Origin: Candidatus Poribacteria bacterium
GTDB lineage: Bacteria; Poribacteria; WGA-4E; JAJDTR01
Length of the DNA stretch: 64,000 nucleotides
Reading direction: 5' to 3'
Assembly: GCA_965222225.1 (NCBI GenBank)
Contig: CBDCTK010000002.1
Span: 3,616,001-3,680,000, forward strand
Shown piece after piece: positions 61,386-64,000 of the stretch. The notes below the pieces were generated by a model. That model searched no databases. It worked only from the letters and a program-made list of their open reading frames with translations, and was not told the origin of the DNA. Made by a program: the position numbers and the translations under genes. The first letter of the stretch is position 1, and each line of letters begins with the position of its first letter.

Positions 61386-62066
61386 ATGAAATTCAGTGAA
61401 CTCTTCTACACCATTCAGGGCGAAGGAAAATTCGTCGGCGTGCCATCTGTATTTTTCAGGACAAGCTATTGCAACCTTAGGTGTATTTGGTGTGATACTG
61501 CTTATACGAGTTGGACGCCGGAGAACAAAGACATAACTGTCGATGTAGCTGTCAAGGCTATCACTCAGTATGAGTGCAGGCACATCGTCATCACGGGTGG
61601 AGAACCGTTTATCCAAGTCAAGGAACTAACGCAACTGTGTCAAGAGCTGAATCGACGAGGGCATCACATTACCGTGGAGACGAATGCTACCGTCTTTGCG
61701 CCTGTTGCAGCCAACCTAATATCGATGAGCCCGAAACTCCGAAACTCCAACCCCACCCCCGACAACCGGTTCTTTACGCGTCATGAACGAGGACGCATCT
61801 GTTCCGATGTCATACGCGAATTTCTCGGTCAATACGAGTGCCAAGTCAAGTTCGTTGTTGATTGTCCCGAAGACCTTGAGGAAATTAAGACCTTGCAAGC
61901 CGAAATCCCCATTCCGGCGGAGACTATTTTACTCATGCCCCAGGGCATGACTCCCGAAGAATTACAGCCCAAACAGGAATGGCTGGTGGAGATTTGTAAG
62001 GAAGAGGGATACCGCTATTCGCCGCGGGTACACGTGGATATCTGGGGGAACAAGCGCGGCGTGTAA
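61386..62066 (+). CDS. queE: 7-carboxy-7-deazaguanine synthase (radical SAM)
   Basis: ELFYTIQGEG, CNLRCIWCDT, ITGGEP, ETN, SPK, R.HV.IWG. Confidence 0.92.
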   Translation: MKFSELFYTIQGEGKFVGVPSVFFRTSYCNLRCIWCDTAYTSWTPENKDITVDVAVKAITQYECRHIVITGGEPFIQVKELTQLCQELNRRGHHITVETNATVFAPVAANLISMSPKLRNSNPTPDNRFFTRHERGRICSDVIREFLGQYECQVKFVVDCPEDLEEIKTLQAEIPIPAETILLMPQGMTPEELQPKQEWLVEICKEEGYRYSPRVHVDIWGNKRGV

Positions 62067-62125
62067 TGCTAGAAGCGGAGATTTGCAGGTCGACTCGATT
62101 CGGCAATCGGGGGAAGTTGCGATAA

Positions 62126-62518
62126 ATGGCAGAGTTCAAAATGCTACAGGGATGTTATCGACGGATACTGCTTTTTCTGTTTGCAATCGCCGTCATCCTT
62201 CTAGCGGCGTGCTTTATCTTCTACCAGCAAGTTGGCGGTATTGAAGGATCGCGATTCTGGATGGCGGGACGGGCGCTAGGCGAAGTGGAAGAGCATCTGT
62301 TGAAAAATCGGCCCGACGGTATCTCAAAAACGGATGTTGAACGCCGGTTTGAAAAGGTTCAAAACGCAACCTCCGAGTGGCGTGTGGACTTAGTGGAACT
62401 CCACCGTGTGCTCAAGGATTATCAAGACCGATTTCAGAACACAAAGCCGTCAACTCCCGAGACTGTACAATTCCTCACGATTCTTGAGGCTACAGTTCCC
62501 CCTGAAGACAGTAACTAA
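62126..62518 (+). CDS. Hypothetical membrane-anchored protein
   Basis: N-terminal TM helix followed by a helical soluble part. Confidence 0.6.
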   Translation: MAEFKMLQGCYRRILLFLFAIAVILLAACFIFYQQVGGIEGSRFWMAGRALGEVEEHLLKNRPDGISKTDVERRFEKVQNATSEWRVDLVELHRVLKDYQDRFQNTKPSTPETVQFLTILEATVPPEDSN

Positions 62519-62593
62519 CCTCCAATTTTGCGTCTCTAGCTTTCTAGGTTGCGCTCCCTTGATCCTTCGAAAACGTGGTTTGGTTAAAGTTAC

Positions 62594-63310
62594 TTGATTG
62601 ACAAAATCCTACACACCGCATCGCGCTGTTTTGGCGAGGGACCGCTAACCCGACAGGATTTTCGGCTGATAACCCGCCTCTATTCCTCTCTACCCCTAGC
62701 CGCACAACTGCAAGTGTGGGCACGCCTGATTTGCTTGCAACCTGTACTGAGAGCGATTGAGCAACACGTTCCTCTTTCCACCGAGCGGCTGGTCGACTTA
62801 GGGAGTGGTTACGGACTAGTGAGCGCTCTCACCGCGCTGCGACGGGAAGGAATGATTTTGGGGGTTGAAGCCTCGCCCTCAAGACTCGCGATTGCGCGGC
62901 AAGCCACGGCCGGACACATCCCAAATGTCACCTTTCAGCACGAGGACATCGCACAAATCTCCCTTCCCCCAAGCGACGCCATCCTGTTAATCGATGTTTT
63001 ATGCCTTTTTGCCGATGACGCCCAAGCGCATGTTCTAGCGAATTGCGCGAATGCGCTGTGTCCGGGCGGCGTTCTCCTCATCAAGGACAATACGACGACC
63101 CCTCGGTGGAAGTACCGATACGCAAATCTGGAGGAAAGAGTTAAGCTTTGGTTGGGGACCTATGGAGTCAGAGCGCAGCTGCAACCTAACTATCGCGCTC
63201 CCGAGGCATGGCGGCAGCTTATCACGAACGCAAACCTAAAAATTGAAGAGGAACGTTACATCGGATCGATTGCCCCTTATCCTGGGGTAATCTATCTCTG
63301 CCGAAAATAG
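62594..63310 (+). CDS. Class I SAM-dependent methyltransferase
   Basis: LVDLGSGYG, DVL, L.PGGVLLIKD. Confidence 0.85.
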   Translation: MIDKILHTASRCFGEGPLTRQDFRLITRLYSSLPLAAQLQVWARLICLQPVLRAIEQHVPLSTERLVDLGSGYGLVSALTALRREGMILGVEASPSRLAIARQATAGHIPNVTFQHEDIAQISLPPSDAILLIDVLCLFADDAQAHVLANCANALCPGGVLLIKDNTTTPRWKYRYANLEERVKLWLGTYGVRAQLQPNYRAPEAWRQLITNANLKIEEERYIGSIAPYPGVIYLCRK

Positions 63311-63313
63311 CAT

Positions 63314-64000
63314 CTACCCTGTTGCGGCGCCATTTCGAAATCTCCGCACGAACTCCCGAATCTGTCGAGCGGTCAAATCATCACTCAAGTCGGAATCTAC
63401 GAGGCCTTCCAACGCACGAGCCAATCTAGCCTCCGCATCTCCCCACGCTTTGAGTAGCATTCTGTTTTTCTCCCTTCTCGGCTGAGCCGCCGCCGCCAAC
63501 AACCGATGGACAACTGAAAGGTAGAAGAGGATATTGTGGTAATCTAGCTGCGCGAAAACGTCTTCCTCAGAGATGCCTGACCGGTATGTGACAGCCCGGC
63601 TTGCGTAAGCGCCAATGACATCTCGATTCAGCAAGTTGATAAAGTTTCCACCCTCACGGTTTGCGCCCAGGCTATTGAAGAACTGAACGATTCGCCTTTC
63701 ACTCCAATCCCACCCCACACTCCCAAAATCCACGAAGGTGCTTTTTCCTGCGTCCATCACGATGTTGCGTGCATTATAGTCGAGCGTGCCCAGCGTCGCC
63801 GAGTTCCTATGGAGGGCTTGAGAGAATTTCGACCAAAACTTGTCAAGATCCGATGATTCCGTCTCGCCGATCGACTGAGCTAGATAGCCCATCGTTTTTC
63901 GACCTTGGTCTAGCATCTCCTGCATCCTCTGACGCAGATAGGTCGGATAGTCCAGCGGGTAAACATACGGCGCGAAATCCGTTTGGCGGTCGGCGAAACT
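63314..64000 (-). CDS. APH/kinase-like phosphotransferase, partial (5' end outside the window)
   Basis: The frame is open to the window edge. LDYNARNIV and FVDFG resemble the catalytic and Mg-binding loops. Confidence 0.6.
   Translation of the reverse strand, partial: SFADRQTDFAPYVYPLDYPTYLRQRMQEMLDQGRKTMGYLAQSIGETESSDLDKFWSKFSQALHRNSATLGTLDYNARNIVMDAGKSTFVDFGSVGWDWSERRIVQFFNSLGANREGGNFINLLNRDVIGAYASRAVTYRSGISEEDVFAQLDYHNILFYLSVVHRLLAAAAQPRREKNRMLLKAWGDAEARLARALEGLVDSDLSDDLTARQIREFVRRFRNGAATG

Overview
Bacterial chromosomal window of about 50% GC. It is probably from Ca. Poribacteria; this is an inference from the repeated C-terminal V-x-P-x-G-K-x4-W-G-x-[LI]-K motif, the multiple PD40/TolB-like propellers and a PhyH remnant. 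Bases 1-42 kb are mostly housekeeping genes (kdsB, tRNA-Ala, ClpX-like ATPase, sat, nth, rpoZ, hisC, ispG, purD, XPB helicase, folK, yceD-rpmF-fabH-fabD-fabG-acpP-fabF, hom-lysC, tRNA-Pro, nagZ, archease). They are interspersed with many pseudogenes and several families of dispersed REP/MITE-like repeats. Bases 42.5-59.5 kb are an accessory, heavily rearranged region. It holds two GT-C-type membrane glycosyltransferases, a GT-C::LamG-tail chimera, and a transposase-less TIR element carrying a four-helix-bundle gene bracketed by inverted heptamer arrays. It also holds four paralogous secreted PD40 propeller genes that share a C-terminal motif (one is split by an insert carrying another), a GH13 gene bounded by integron-core-like inverted repeats, and IS3, IS1634 and IS1595 elements or remnants. 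The best candidate for an undescribed system is a family of secreted proteins with a conserved C-terminal sorting-like tail, shuffled as modules and located beside membrane glycosyltransferases. All calls come from reading the sequence and translations; no searches were run.
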